A DNA stretch of 63,694 nucleotides, the filler included, from Reticulomyxa filosa (lineage: Eukaryota; Protista; Foraminifera), in assembly GCA_000512085.1 (NCBI GenBank). It is 18 parts of 18 records of this genome, joined end to end, with 100 filler letters (N's around TTAATTAATTAA, not from the genome) between each part and the next. Parts side by side here need not be neighbours in the genome. Positions count along the whole stretch, not along the records: positions 49,463 to 51,358 come from ASPP01029639.1; positions 51,459 to 59,022 come from ASPP01009336.1; positions 59,123 to 61,148 come from ASPP01025561.1; positions 61,249 to 63,694 come from ASPP01027483.1; 14 more parts are not named here. One strand, written 5' to 3'. A model generated the notes under the pieces. The model saw nothing but the letters and a program-made list of their open reading frames with translations. It made no database searches and was not told where the DNA came from. Shown here piece after piece: positions 49,463 through 63,007 of this stretch. Positions within the stretch are counted from its first letter, which is position 1. Each line of letters opens with the position of its first letter. A program made the position numbers and the translations under genes.

Positions 49463-51358
49463 AAAGAATACCATTTCTGGACATTGCGAGAAGGGGCAGC
49501 TTCCGAAAGGATTTGGAGAGATTGCTCGATTTTTGTCCGTAGGGAAGCGAGGAGGAGGCGGAGACGGGCTGCACTTTGGGCGACGACGTGTTGCCACCGG
49601 TATTGCGTCCCAACAAAGAGTTGGGCTTCACTCCGCTCGATTGTCGCGTGGAGGACTCGTTCGAGCGCTTTTCCATTCGCGCGTCCTTATCTCGATCTTT
49701 GTCCTTTGATCCAATTTTCGGAGTGCCCATTTTGGTATTGGACTCTGTTTCTTTTTCGTCCAATGTGTTTTGGGACTTGCCTTCATCCAATATGCGACGC
49801 AGCTATTTGTTTGAATTGCAATTGATGCAACGTGTACACATATGTATACGTATATGTATGTATATGTATGTATATGTGTGTGTGTGTGTGTATTTGTGTT
49901 TTTGTTTTTGTTTTTTTTTTTGGAGAGTAAACTTTTGGAGGAAGAACAATGCCCAGATTTTGAAATCGCAAAGCACTAGTGAACAAGAGCGCACGAGGTA
50001 CTTGCAACCCCAAAAGATGCAAGTAATATGGGGAGATGAAGCATGCTCCAGGTTTGGACAAGACGGATGTGGCATTTGCGTTGGCAAAGTCCAAGAGTTT
50101 GTTGACGGTGACGGGTATGTCAACGGCGGCTTGATTGACGACCCAGTCGGGGATGGAGCCTCCCAGACTCATTTGGGCGTAGTACACGACATGACACTTG
50201 GCCGAGTCGGCGGGATGTGGAAAGACATGCCAGACGGCGTTGGAGATCCAGCCACGAACGCGAGTGCTGCGAGGAGGTTCCTGCGGATGGTTGACGCTGC
50301 AGCTGCCGATGACAAACTGGCCGTCGGGAAATGTGTAGATGTATACGCACGTGACCATATCGCGGTATGTGATGATCATGGGCATTTTCACGGATATGTA
50401 TACCACATTGCAATAAGGGGATAGCTTTTCCAAAACGCGGATTTCGTCCAGTTTGCTGTCCCAACTCTTGCGATAGCTAGGGTTCATCAGCAGTCCGGCG
50501 ATCACTGGACTGGGATAGTCGGCCGTCGTCTCGCCCTTCAAAATGTCCATGCCACCAGACTTGGGCTTTTCGTTCGGGTCCGAGTTCGAGTAGATGCGCA
50601 AATCCGACTTCATCGACCGCTCTTGCCACTGCGATCCGTTCTTCCATCCACGCCATTTATGAAATAGATCTATTGCTTCTTGCACCTCTTTCGCATATTT
50701 ATGATTGTCCGGAATTTTCACAAAGTCTTTTACATAATCTTTTTTACGATTGTTATCTTTGTCAATCTCGATATTGTCGTCATCGTCGTCGTCGTCGTCG
50801 TTGTCATTGTCGAGTTGTAATCGACGCTTTATCCAACGCTTATCTTTTTCGCAACCATTGTCGATCAACAGCTGCTTGTATTCGATGCTCGCAAAGTAGT
50901 CTTCATCCAGATCGAGAGTCTGGTCGCCGTGCAGCGACTCATTGACGTCGTTCAGCTCTGATGCGCTCTGCTTGTCGACAAAGTCCAAAAACGCAGGGAT
51001 GGGCTTGTCGTACCGCTTCAGCTCGTCGCTTCGCAGTCCGCTCAAACGCACGTCCAACTTCTCCACTGTCATCGGAATGTCTTGCGACACTTGGTTTATT
51101 ATATACGCGGGCAGGCTGCCGCCCAAATCGCAATAAACCACATATATTACCTATTTATCATATAACGTATACATATATATGTATATGTTATAATAGATAA
51201 TATATGTGAAAAAAAAAAGGGAGGGGGGGGAGGACACCCCTCCCCCTTTTTTTTTTTAAACTTTAGTGTGGTTAGGTTCTCCTGGAACGGGCTTGAATGC
51301 CCAACCTCCGATGAACAAATCTGCACGTGTAAACTTGCTCGTAACCGGGTGGGCCTTC
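49463..51358 (-). CDS. Tandem START-domain (lipid-binding) protein, internal fragment
   Basis: End of one START domain (HP....TRADL..GGWAF, VYCDLGGSLPAYIIN) and a complete second one (YRKSWD, V.Y...KMP..I..RDMV, SVNHP..PP....VRG, YYAQMSLGGSIPDWVVN). Confidence 0.9.
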
Positions 51359-51479
51359 NNNNNNNNNNNNNNNNNNNNNNNNNNNNNNNNNNNNNNNNNN
51401 NNTTAATTAATTAANNNNNNNNNNNNNNNNNNNNNNNNNNNNNNNNNNNNNNNNNNNNAAAAAAAAAAAAAAAATTGCA

Positions 51480-54400
51480 TTGTTTTCTCAAGTGGCAGAC
51501 GAACGTTAACAGTTTCGATTTGTGAATCCAAGAAAATGTCGGATTGGGTTCAATTTCAAAATCCGGATCATTGTCCTCATCGGATCACAATTGGTGATCA
51601 CACTTGGAATATTGACGAAAACCGCCAAACTCCCTTGGAACGCTATCATCAAATTGTACTGCCAAAGTCGCAATGGAAAAATCGAGTGACATTGGAACTT
51701 GGCAAGACAAGTAACAACATGTTTGGATGCTTTGGCGGCTTTGGACTGGGCAGCACAGAAATGCATAGCAACCGAAATCAGCCAATAATCAAAGAACTCA
51801 AAGTATACGCTCAAGATAATTCACCATCTAAAGCAAATCCACAGGAAAAAGGAGAAGAAAGAAGCGAGCAAATTCCGGAACACAAGAGTCGAGTACTACT
51901 AACCCGACACGAATTGTTGAAATTCATCAAATGGGTGTGGGATACGGTTCCAAAGCCATTGTGGATCAGATGTCAGGAGCTAATGAAAGAGAGCTATCTT
52001 GTATTGAAGAATGGACATCCGGATTTATTTCCGAAATGGGAGGACTTACTCAGCGAGTCCCCTTCGTCGGTGTTTAATCCACTGGCCGATGATGCCATGT
52101 CGCACGTGGACTCCAAAATACCAACAGAAGAAAGGAAACAGCCGACGAATGAAACTGATACCGTTGACGATTGGGGGTCGCGATTCGAAATAGGGGATTA
52201 CTTGTCCTATTTGTTTGTAATTAGCAAAAAACTCGATTTCAACATTCGCAAACACGTTTCGAAAATACATTGTGACAAAATGATGAAAGAACTCCATCTT
52301 GAGGTCTTGGACAAAGAACATCTAACATTGGTCACAGCCAATTATTTGTATCGCTATATTTGGCCTTTGAACGAGGTTTGTTTGGCTTTACTTGACTTTA
52401 TCTTGTAAAAATTCGTGCATCGAATGTCCGATTCTCGCTTATTTCAAATACACAAACAATTGCTCTTGTCTTTTTCAATTAATGCTTGTAATACAATTTA
52501 GGTCATGCAAAGTGATGTCGATGAAGAAATGAAAAAGGTATTGCGTTCGTTGATCTTAAGCGTTGGTGAAAAAATATTCCTCAAGCGCAATGACGCCATC
52601 AATCAATCCTCGTCAAGAGAGCTCATACTGAGTTATCAAGAGTTGCTCAAGTATTGCATTGCGGTGCCAGAAATGCTTCCACTGTTGACCAAATGCTTGT
52701 TAAGTGAAAATCCAATAGTTCGATCTGAATTTGGAACTTACTTTTCCGGATATGTGGAAATGTGTACACGATCGATCTATGCCAGTTATTTAAATTTTGA
52801 AAAGCAAACAGTTTTGAAATTTATTCTTTCTTTCTTTTTTTTTTCTTTAAATGCGTATTGCATTTATTTGATGATCAAAAAGCCCCCCAATATCACATCC
52901 ATTTGTGATCCTGAGTCACAACGCCAAAACCTGAACCAAGAAGCGAGACAAGCATTTATTAGTTCTGCATGTGATCCAAGTCGTAATTTGAGTAGCAACA
53001 GTTTTGTGAAATTGTTCACTTTTCAGAGCCCCTTTTTTTTCTCTCCCCCTCTTCCTCCTCTCCTTGAAGAGTTGCAATTTTTTAAATGTACTACACACAA
53101 ACGGAAAAACAAATGGACGTGTGCCCTGAAAAGATGCCAAACTCGAAGAAGCAAGAGCACCAACATCTCTTGCGAACATAACCCACCCGCAGATGCAAAG
53201 ATTGCCTCCACGTCAAAAACCAAGACTTGTGGCAATTTCTCAATTTTTGAGTGGTCTTTCGAATACTTCCGACCGATTAATGTCCCTCACGGATGGGCTG
53301 AGAAATGCTGATGCCATGGTCGGGAATTATCAACCCTTACTGTCACCTCCAAACGCTTTCAACCGCATTTTGGAACCACCAACTCCACCGATTACAACCA
53401 ATAGTGGACCAGCCATTTGCGTCATTGACTTGGGTATGCCAAATTCTGTCAGCAGCTCTGGAGGAGATGCAAGAGCGGAAAACATATCACCACATTCAAT
53501 TGGACTTGTTGCACCTTCGATGAATGCTCCAAACCCGAACGTATTGCAGTCGGTGCCTTCCGGAACAGCGGAAGCCTTCCATTGGGAACATTCTGTTTCT
53601 CCAGAAGAAGTTAACGTAAACAATGGAGGAAAATTCCTTGCGTCGTTTTATGAACAAAAATTTTGTGCTAATTGTGGCGAAGTTAAGGATCGAATGACAA
53701 CACTGTTGAAGAAGAGGAATATCATAGCCTATTTTTTTGTTGCTTATTTTACATTGTCGTTTGTGTGTGTTGTTTTTTGATAATTGGCTGCTACGCACGG
53801 ATTAAACACTTTGCGAAATTTGATCCAGAGATTGCAAAACTCATTTTTCGTGTGTAAGCGAGATGACTGTCCAAATCGATTTTTCTGCTCACAGGTGTGC
53901 ATTCATTTTGCTTATTAATGTACTTATTTGAAAATAGAGAGGCAAACATTACATATATGTTTCGTACAGTGTCAAGGCGAATTTGATGGCCGCCAGTGTG
54001 CACCAGGTTTCGGATTTGATCATCAATTATTGAATGCAGTCATTAATCTAGAAAGGCCACTTTCTTCCAAGTCCGGGCAACTGAGACTTCCCCCACAAGC
54101 AGCAACAAAAGAGGTAAGAAAGTTGAATCTGTTAATTATCAATTACGTATGTAATATATGCACATATGTGTTTGTATATATACAAAAAAAACAACGTGCA
54201 CAAAATAATAAAAAGTCAATTTGCCCAGTGACATTGTCAGCTGGCACGGTCACTCCTTCCATTGCAACGTTTGATTTGTCGATGAGTTGGAACGAATTGT
54301 GCAATATCATGAGCATTATTTCAGAAACTGTAATCGTGGATCGCATTTTCATGCATGACGGGATTTCCAACTTCCACGATCTGACGTCATTTTCTCTTTT

Positions 54401-57400
54401 TTTGGTTGATTTACTCCACTATGTGAACTGCATTGTTTCCAACAGTAGTTTCGAAAATGTGCCTGCACAACAAACCAAAGATGTGATTATGAAAGATGCC
54501 ACAAAGGAATGTTCGGAGGCACCAAAACAGGAACTGTCTCCGCTAGCAATGTTACGAAAATATCAAAAAGAAATTGTGACAAGTCTCGCATCGAACTTTA
54601 TGTCTTACCTTCGCTTTCTCGAAGTCTCGGTCAACTCAAGCAATCAAGCCCACCCGGCAACCGAAATGAAGCAAGTTGGAATTCTACTATTGCTTTTGGA
54701 CATTTTGCTAATTCTAATTTTCAGACAGGTTTGTTTATTTTTATCTGTTGTTTGTATTGTCTTTCGGTATGACCAGAATACACCAAACGGGGGGGGGGAA
54801 AAAAAAAGAGAGAATTTTTGCGGAGACGAAAACAAAAGCAAGAAAAATCACCATCAAGACAAAAAAAGAAAGAAAAGGGCAAGTCAAAAGAAGCACACGA
54901 ACCACAAAAAGAAGCGAACAAACGTAATGAATTGGAGCCAAGCAAAATCCAAGAAATGTCATTGGACGGCGATCAAACTGTCGTTTACATCCCGTTGATT
55001 TCAAGCATGAAAAAGTCGTCCTCTGGTACGTTGGAAAGCAGTGCCACGAACAAGAAGATATCATTCCAACTGGGAGCACATGACTTTGAGGATATAATAA
55101 ACAGTTTATCGACGAATGAGAACGCCAGCTCTGCTACAGCAACAACAGCAGCAGCAACGGCAGCAACAGAAACAGCGAAAAGTGAAGCCACGGCAAACGC
55201 GTCGACATTGCCGAAAAAGAAGACCGAGCCAAAGAAACATCAAATAATTGAACTTGAGGAAGAGCTAATAGATTACGACCACGAGGATGAGGAAGGAGAA
55301 GATGAGGACGATGTGGACGAATTGGCGGAAGACGAAGAGATAGAGGATGAAGAAGACGAAGAAACAGGAATTGAGTTGTTTGTGGAAGAACCAAGAGAAA
55401 TGCAGTCCAACAATTTGGTTGAAGACAGCTTTTTCGATGAATTGGATCGAATGATCAAAGACGATGCGCCACAAGAGGACACCCAAAAAAAGTCAGACGA
55501 GCCAATTGCAAAGCAAGAGCGCAGTGAGTATATACTCCCTACCCCGGTGCTGCAATCGAAGGACGAGCCGGACGCGCGTGCAAAGACGCCACCCACCATG
55601 GCAATGAACGAAGAGGTTTCGTTTGAAATTGAGAAAAGAAGACAAGTTTCAATGGAAGAGTTGAAGCCTTTGCAAACGCGATCACGCTCCAGGTCGAATT
55701 CACGTAGTCGAAATCGTACACGCGATCACACCCGGTCGCAGTCACGATCACGATCGCGATCCCAGTCGCGCTCACGATCACGCTCACGTTCGCGCTCGAG
55801 ATCCAGAGAACGAAGACGTCCTCGGTCTGTCACTCCACGCTCCGTTTCACAAAGCAAGTCCAAGTCTCGAAGTCGCTCTCGCTCCAAATCCAGTGTGCAC
55901 GCAACCAGTGCAATGACTATCAAGCGAGACGAGTTTGTATACTTTTTTGTTTGTATGCATGTGTATAAATATATATGTATATGTGTATGTATGCGTTGAA
56001 AAGCTCACTCGGAGGTTTCATAGACCTTCTAACGCCGACAGAACATGTATCCACTACGATCGACGCCGAGGCGAGAGATCAACAGACTAAAGAGATGTTG
56101 ACCAACGAACACAAAGATAACGACAACAAGCCAATTCGATTTGACAGAATCAGTCTCAGTTTGGGTGGCAGACCGAAATCAACAGGCAAGAAAATGGACA
56201 GCGCGGTATCCAATGATAACAGAGAGGCTGATGCCGGTAAAGGCTTGCTCGAAGATCTGAGAGAAGACAACGAAAAAGATCGTCGATTGAAGCGAAGAGT
56301 CGGTGGAAATTTAGATATCGAATCCTTTGCCATGCAAGAGATTCCTATTCCTGAAGTGATCGAATACTCAGATTTGGACGCGTTGAAGGCGCAGATTAAC
56401 AAAATTGTGCCAAACGCAATGGATGACGAACAGATTGGAGCACTGCAGGCTGCTCTAGTTTGCGCTGCGAATGAAGAAGAAAGACGCAATTTGTTGCGAA
56501 GCAATCTGTCCACAGTCATCGACGTCCGACAATTGGCCAAATTGGGTCAAGAAAGAGTGCGCAAGTTGCTGCTAATCAAACAACAAAAGGACGCGCTCGT
56601 GGCTGAGTCCAAAAAACTAGCTGCTTCCTCTCAACAGGCGTTTGCATCGAAAGACCAAGCGTTGGGTGGTGATGAACCCGTCCCACCCAATCGTTTGTGT
56701 GATATGGACTTTGATGAACGTGTCGCAGCCCAATTGCAAGGCGCTACGAATGGTTTGGGAAATAACGAAGACGAGTACAGTGATATCAATGGCGACGAAT
56801 CAAGTCCAAATGAGTTTGAAGAAGAAGACGATGACGACGAGGACGATTACGATGATGGCAACGATGAAAATGACGGAGATGAACACGACGAAGACAAGGC
56901 GCAGTCGAATGTTCCTCAATCCCAATCCCAAGGCGGTAGTAATGCTCGAGAAGAGATAGGATCAAAAGATGCTCCTACAAGTGACAACATCCCTGAGACG
57001 ACAAGTGGAGCCAGTAAAAATATTGCGGATTGCATGCCAAAGAAAAAGCAAATGAAAATGAGAAAGCGAACGAAAGCAAACACAAATTCATTGATTAAGG
57101 ATATTCTCAACGCCTTGGAAGTGTGTTGCACAGAAGACGAAGCCAAGGCAAATGATGTTGAAATGGCGGACAAAACCGACGATGTGGCTGCCATTACCAA
57201 AAAAAGTGAATTCCAATTTGCTAATCGCTTATTGCAATTGTTACGCAAGATTTACAATAACATGCAAGAAAAGGGTCGAAAAGGTGACACTTGCGAAACG
57301 ACATCTGCCAATTTCACCGAAGTGAAAAATGATAATGTGGAATCTTCTGGTGACCACAACGGACTGTCCAACGAGTCGGGTCTGCGATTCCAATCGTGTC

Positions 57401-58963
57401 TTGAGCAGCCATTCGTGTTGAAAGATACGCTGATGACCTTTGGCGAAAGTATGATGGACAACAACAAGGCCGTCGTAACACCATTCCCCAATGTGAATAA
57501 TGTCGCAAATGGTAGTGTCAACAAGTTGCATATAAATCGTAAGCAGTGGATCGAACACACCAAATTGACAAAACAGGACGTGGTCGAATGGGAAAAACGA
57601 TGATGAAATTGGGCATTTATTTCTTGTATCAATTGATATCCCACGAGCCGAGATTGTTGGAAATGCCAATCAAAGCCGATGGCAAATACAAAAACGAGCC
57701 CGTTGCTTCTCGCGAAGAGTGGTGCGAATTCTTGTGCAATATTATCTGCTTTCGAAGGATGTTTATCGGTCCTGATTGTTACAAGGACTACCTTAAAAAG
57801 CTGCTCACGATTGTGTGTCAAAACAATCGCGCTTGTCGATTGACCATTTACAATCGCTTCGTATTTGGACAAACCGTAAAGAACCTGCAACAGTTATATT
57901 TGAAGTATCGACAAGTCCAATTTGATATCGGTGATCCTTTTGGAGTTCACAAGGAATCCATGAGATTAACGTTTATGGAAATGAATCAAGATGATATCAA
58001 AGATGACGACAACAAAAAAAGTTACACTCTTTGTTTTTGTCTATTTATTTATTTATTTTTCTCTTTCAATGAAATGAATAATCATCCAATCCTGCTCAAA
58101 ACAATTAAAAAAGACGTCCTTTCCATTGGAAGAAAAAATGAAAATGACGAAGGCAAAAAAAAGTCTCGAAAGCGCAAAGCTCCAATGGACAATTTCGCCA
58201 ACGATGAGATGGCGTATCAGCCACCTTCCAAACGAAGACGCTGGATGCCATCAAATAACCCCGAGCTATCGGCCGACTATCCCAATGTGATAACTCGAAG
58301 CAAACAGTGGAAAACAGACCACAAGAGCGTTGGAGAGATTTCATACATTGATCAATGCAAAATGAAAGACTGCACCATTGACGTTTGCAATTTGATTCGA
58401 CGAGGCAAAGAAGAGGCATTGCTATTAAAAGACAATTTGAAAACAACCCGAGAAGAGTATTGGGTCCATTTCTTAGTAAGAAATCCAAGTCATTATTTGT
58501 TGTTTTACGAATTGGCTTTTGATGTCCCTGCTATCGCGGATAACGTGTTGGACTTGTTATCTCGAGGAACCGTTTTATTTGGCAATAGCGATATCTTCAT
58601 TGAAGAACGCCATGGATCCACAACCAGGCCTGTCGCGACCACACAAAATACATTACCAATCCCAGAGCCACATCAACATCTTCATTATGCTCATGGCCTC
58701 AGAGGCGCGCCCCCTGTCGCTGTTTCTGGTCATACCAATGTGCCATTCTCAATGTCCGGAACTGGGACTCTGCTTCCGCCTGGAAATCCGCCTCGGCTAT
58801 TGCGACAAGATGCTGTAACTGGAACAACCCCTACTTCTGCCACTTCTGTCTTGCATCCATCCGGATACAATGGAATTGGAGGATTGACAAACACCGCACG
58901 AATCAATCAAAGGCCACCAAAGAACATTCCATCAGGAGTCAATATCAACAGAAAATCTACAGG
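51480..58963 (+). CDS. UBR4/BIG (p600)-like giant protein, internal multi-exon fragment
   Basis: DOC-like segment (CPHRITI...R....LP......VTLELG....PIIKELKVYA). HEAT-like segments EEWCEFLC...LKKLL.IVC and ISY.DQ.K......V......YWVHF.......L.YELAF......VLDLLS resemble UBR4. Long acidic and RS low-complexity inserts. Confidence 0.65.
55676..55890 (+). repeat. Arg-Ser dipeptide repeat (RS domain) coding tract
   Basis: RSRSRSNSRSRNRTRDHTRSQSRSRSRSQSRSRSRSRSRSRSRERRRPRS...KSRSRSRSKS in ORF 54818-55999. Confidence 0.85.
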
Positions 58964-60536
58964 TAAGTAGGAGATGGGAAGGGAACACAAGGAAAAATAA
59001 TTTCTTTTTTTTTTTTTTTTTTNNNNNNNNNNNNNNNNNNNNNNNNNNNNNNNNNNNNNNNNNNNNTTAATTAATTAANNNNNNNNNNNNNNNNNNNNNN
59101 NNNNNNNNNNNNNNNNNNNNNNCATATTAATCATAATGGATCGTGTAAAGAAAAAGATTTTACATATATGCCATTTGAATTTTACATGAACAACACTTCT
59201 TTTAAAATTTGTAAAAATAAATTATTATGATTTCTAATTTTATAACCTCTTTTGCATGACAGAATATTTGACGAACAAAAATGTGTGAAATAATTCTCCA
59301 ATAAACAAATAAGATGACTTCAAGACTTGTGATAAATGAATATAAGTGAGTTAAGTTCTGACATAGAACTATCTTAAAAGGTGATTTGGAATATTAACAA
59401 AAGAAAAGAAAGAACTTAGTCTAATGATATATTTACAATAATCTTTTAAATTACACTTTCTTCAGTTTCGAAATGTTGACAATATCATTCAAACTATGTT
59501 TTTTTTATTTGTAATATTTTCGTCTAACTTTAATATTATGCCAACTTTCTACAAAGTCAATTTACTGTTTATTCAACCAAACTTCTAAAAGATAAGATCT
59601 AGCAATTAACAATTGTCCGATACACAATCAACAGCAAAAAAAAATATCAATTTAAAATCACAACTGTAAACATTTGTGTTTATTCATGAAAATTATTATC
59701 TTTTCAAAATTCTTTTTTTAAATGATATTTACGCAACTGGAAAATTAAAAATTGTGCTTTCTAATAAAAGTTAGAAACCTAAAAAAATCGCTACGTTTTT
59801 TTCCTTTTGAAAATTTTCAAAAAAGTTAATGAATTCGTTCTGCTATTAAGCAAAAACCGACGTATTTCATTTTGTTTTTCTGAAACTTACAACGTTTTTA
59901 TATTTTCATTACAAGGAATATTTTTTTTGCTATGGATTTTATGATTATAATTTTATTGATATTTAATACATTGGTTTGCAAAAAAAGACATCATATGATT
60001 AGTCATATTTTATAAAGATAATCGATTTTCAGATATGCAATACTAATTTTAAAAAATCCGCAAGTATTTGTGTTTTTAAATATGATATTGGTTTTTTAGT
60101 GAGATTTTTCTGAGGTGACAAATTTTTTCATATGTTTTTGTAAAATTTTGCTGGAAAAAATTACTCTTTATTTGCATTTCCAAGAACTAATTTCATGAGA
60201 AATAGCACATCTAAAAAAAATCATGGTGAATGTGGCAATCGAAATGTATAACCCCTTGGAATTATGATATTTGATATTTATTAAATAGCTTCTCAGGTTG
60301 TTTTAGCACTTCTTTAAAGGATAACCAAAGGTAGTTAAAAACAAAATAATAAAAAAACTCACCACAATAAGAAAAAAGGAAATATACACTTCAATTGTAA
60401 TTTCAGGAAAAAATATTTCAAAGCAAATAAAGTTGCCGTTGAAAATGGCAGAATTAAAAATTGGATAAGACAAGCATCTTTTAATGTTGATTGCCGGCTA
60501 TTGAAAACCAGAAAAAAAAAAAAGAGTGGAGGGTAT

Positions 60537-61109
60537 CTACCCATTAGTTGTTTGCAGAATAACAGTTTGTTTTTGCAAACGAACCCACTCGGCGAAGCTT
60601 TGAGTGAAAAGAAAACGGCTGAAGCTGTCTCCAACCAAAGCATAAACTTCTTTTCTAGCGTCGTCAAAAATGTACAACAGATCGATGAGTTTGAGTTGTT
60701 GAGACAAAGTATTGGAAACGAGGTCGATATCTTTGGTGAAATGAACGGAAGAGTCATGTGCCGCAAAGGCTTTCGCAAACCAACTCATGCGCTTTGATCC
60801 CCGCAGTCCATCGCGTAATACGTAATATCCATTTTTGTAATGCAATCGCGAAGCGATTTCCAAACGCATCTCAAAACTTATATTCACTTCAAATTGGCTG
60901 CCTATTGCTACGTACTTTTCAAACAATTTTAAACACTGTTTCCAAAGATTGTTCTCGGATTCTGCCAACAGTGCCGACTTCGGGACCGACGCATCGAATT
61001 TGATCCAGAATACATCTGACAATTGTTCTTCATAAGTTTTTCCCAATTCTTTCGAGACATTCTCTAAAAACTGTTCCGATTCAATTAGCCAAAAAATATT
61101 TTCGGTGCT

Positions 61110-61110
<1 letters not shown>
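60537..61110 (-). CDS. RGS-domain protein, last exon
   Basis: STENIFWLIESEQF, VPKS, LFEKYV..GSQFEVNISFEMR.EI and IFDDARKEVYALVGDSFSRF. Confidence 0.9.
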
Positions 61111-61148
<38 letters not shown>

Positions 61149-61399
61149 NNNNNNNNNNNNNNNNNNNNNNNNNNNNNNNNNNNNNNNNNNNNTTAATTAA
61201 TTAANNNNNNNNNNNNNNNNNNNNNNNNNNNNNNNNNNNNNNNNNNNNATAATAATAATAATTTAAAAAATATCCATTTGAATATTTTGTGATTATATCA
61301 AACATAATTAAAAAAAAAAGTCAATGACATTGCTTTGACTTTGAGAAGGATTGGATATGACAAACACATGACGTCAATGTTTGAATGTGAAACAAAGAT

Positions 61400-62626
61400 G
61401 TGAAAAATTCAACGACTCCGACAGTGCCAATACCAACGCCAACGCCGACACCAACAACAGCAACGACAATGGCAACGACCGACCAGATATTTCAAACTTT
61501 GAAGGAGTTAACTATTCAACTTATTAAATCTCAATGTGTGTTGCACAAACATGGAATCATCATTTGTGGATGCTACAACTAAAACTCTTGTTATTCTTAT
61601 CATAAAATTAAAAATGAATATAATTTTATTTGTTATTATCCAGGTTATGTTATATTATGGGGACACTGTGTAGTGAAATTAATATATAACAACAAAGACA
61701 TTAATCAAATCACTTTGTTGTGTTTTGGTGGACATTACAAACATACATTACTTATGAAATATATAAGCGTTTGGGATAATGTAAGTAAAGCAAATCATCA
61801 AAATGAATTGATCACTTTAACAGACAATAATAATAGTATAATTAATATTGAAAAAGATTATAATAATTATCATGTAATGCTTGCAGTACTTGGTGGAGTC
61901 AATAATAATTTGTTATTTATCAATTATTATCCACATTATATTAGTGTATTTAATTTAAATAAATATTAATTTATAAAAGATAATAATCTACCAACTAAAG
62001 ACAATGAAACAATATTTGATCATTGTCTTATAAAAATATCATATGAAGAAATGTTATTCTTTTATTCTAAGTCAAGTATATTAATTAAATATGATGAATA
62101 TAGTAATCAATTTTACTTCAATCATATTAAAATATATGATCAACTATCAAAATCGGGTCATTATGGGTACGTGTATGTGGATAGCATGGTATTACTATTT
62201 GGTGAATGTAGTGACATTACATCCACCAAATAGTAATAGTAATGTCACTACATCCACCAAATAGTAATAGTATTGGCATTACTATTACTATTTGGTGGAT
62301 GTAGTGACATTAGTATTGCTTCGTAAAAAATATATAAATTTGTAATTAAAAATAATGAATATTTTGATATTCAAAATAATTTATATATGCCATTGACATA
62401 TTGTGCTGCATTATTCAGTGAAGACGATAATTATATATATCATCGGAGGATTAAATGATAAAAATAAACCAGTATCAACTCATATGAAGATTGTTTTTGT
62501 TTTTGTTTTTTTTTTTATGAAATATAAATCAATCACACTAAACAGGTAAAAAGTGAAATGAAATATATTATTCAACATTGGATCAAGATTTTGCAAATAA
62601 AATTTGGATGGATAAATTCACTTTGG
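61400..62626 (+). pseudogene. Kelch-like beta-propeller gene, decayed (expanded lineage family)
   Basis: FQTLKEL....SQCVLHKH.IIICG, CYSYH..KNEY.FIC.YP...GHCVVKL, ITLLCFGG..KHTL.MKY, AVLGG..NNLLFI and VLLFG, with stops and frameshifts; C-terminal helical box exon at 62546. Confidence 0.78.
62190..62312. repeat. Four-copy ~30-nt direct/inverted repeat cluster (A, A', A', A)
   Basis: TATTACTATTTGGTG(A/G)ATGTAGTGACATTA is forward at 62190 and ~62283, with reverse-complement copies at ~62218-62244 and ~62240-62272. Confidence 0.9.
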
Positions 62627-63007
62627 TTTAGGTCTTGTTATTTCAATATTGATAACAATTTCTCTTATCAGTTTTTTCACAATATCTTCTTTGTATTTTT
62701 TCATAGCAAAAGATCTTCAAGCATTTATGTTTTAACTACTTTTTTTTAAATATTTTGCTGACAGTGGGTCCACTCGTCTTTTTTTTAACATCTAATTGTG
62801 CTAATAGAATATATGTTACATTTATCATTGGATCATTTTCTGTCGTCTAAAGTTTCGTTCAACCCCAAAGAAAGGGTCGACTCATAAAAGTGAAAATTTC
62901 TAACAACAAAATACTGTATCCCTCTTTCATCGAATTACGTGATGAACACAAACATAGTATCAAGGCTTCTTTGAGCCCATTGAATTGTAAAGTATCTAAA
63001 AAAAGAC

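Noticed and set aside
49576-50424. 282-aa plus-strand ORF
   Set aside because: Antisense to the START gene and crosses its intron microsatellite.
14885-61110. G-alpha, two RGS and GPCR-like genes as a physically linked signalling cluster
   Set aside because: They lie on different contigs separated by artificial linkers; co-occurrence reflects family abundance, not synteny.
5004-61248. Recurring TTAATTAATTAA flanked by Ns as a biological repeat or CRISPR-like array
   Set aside because: Identical 100-nt six-frame-stop linker added during contig concatenation.
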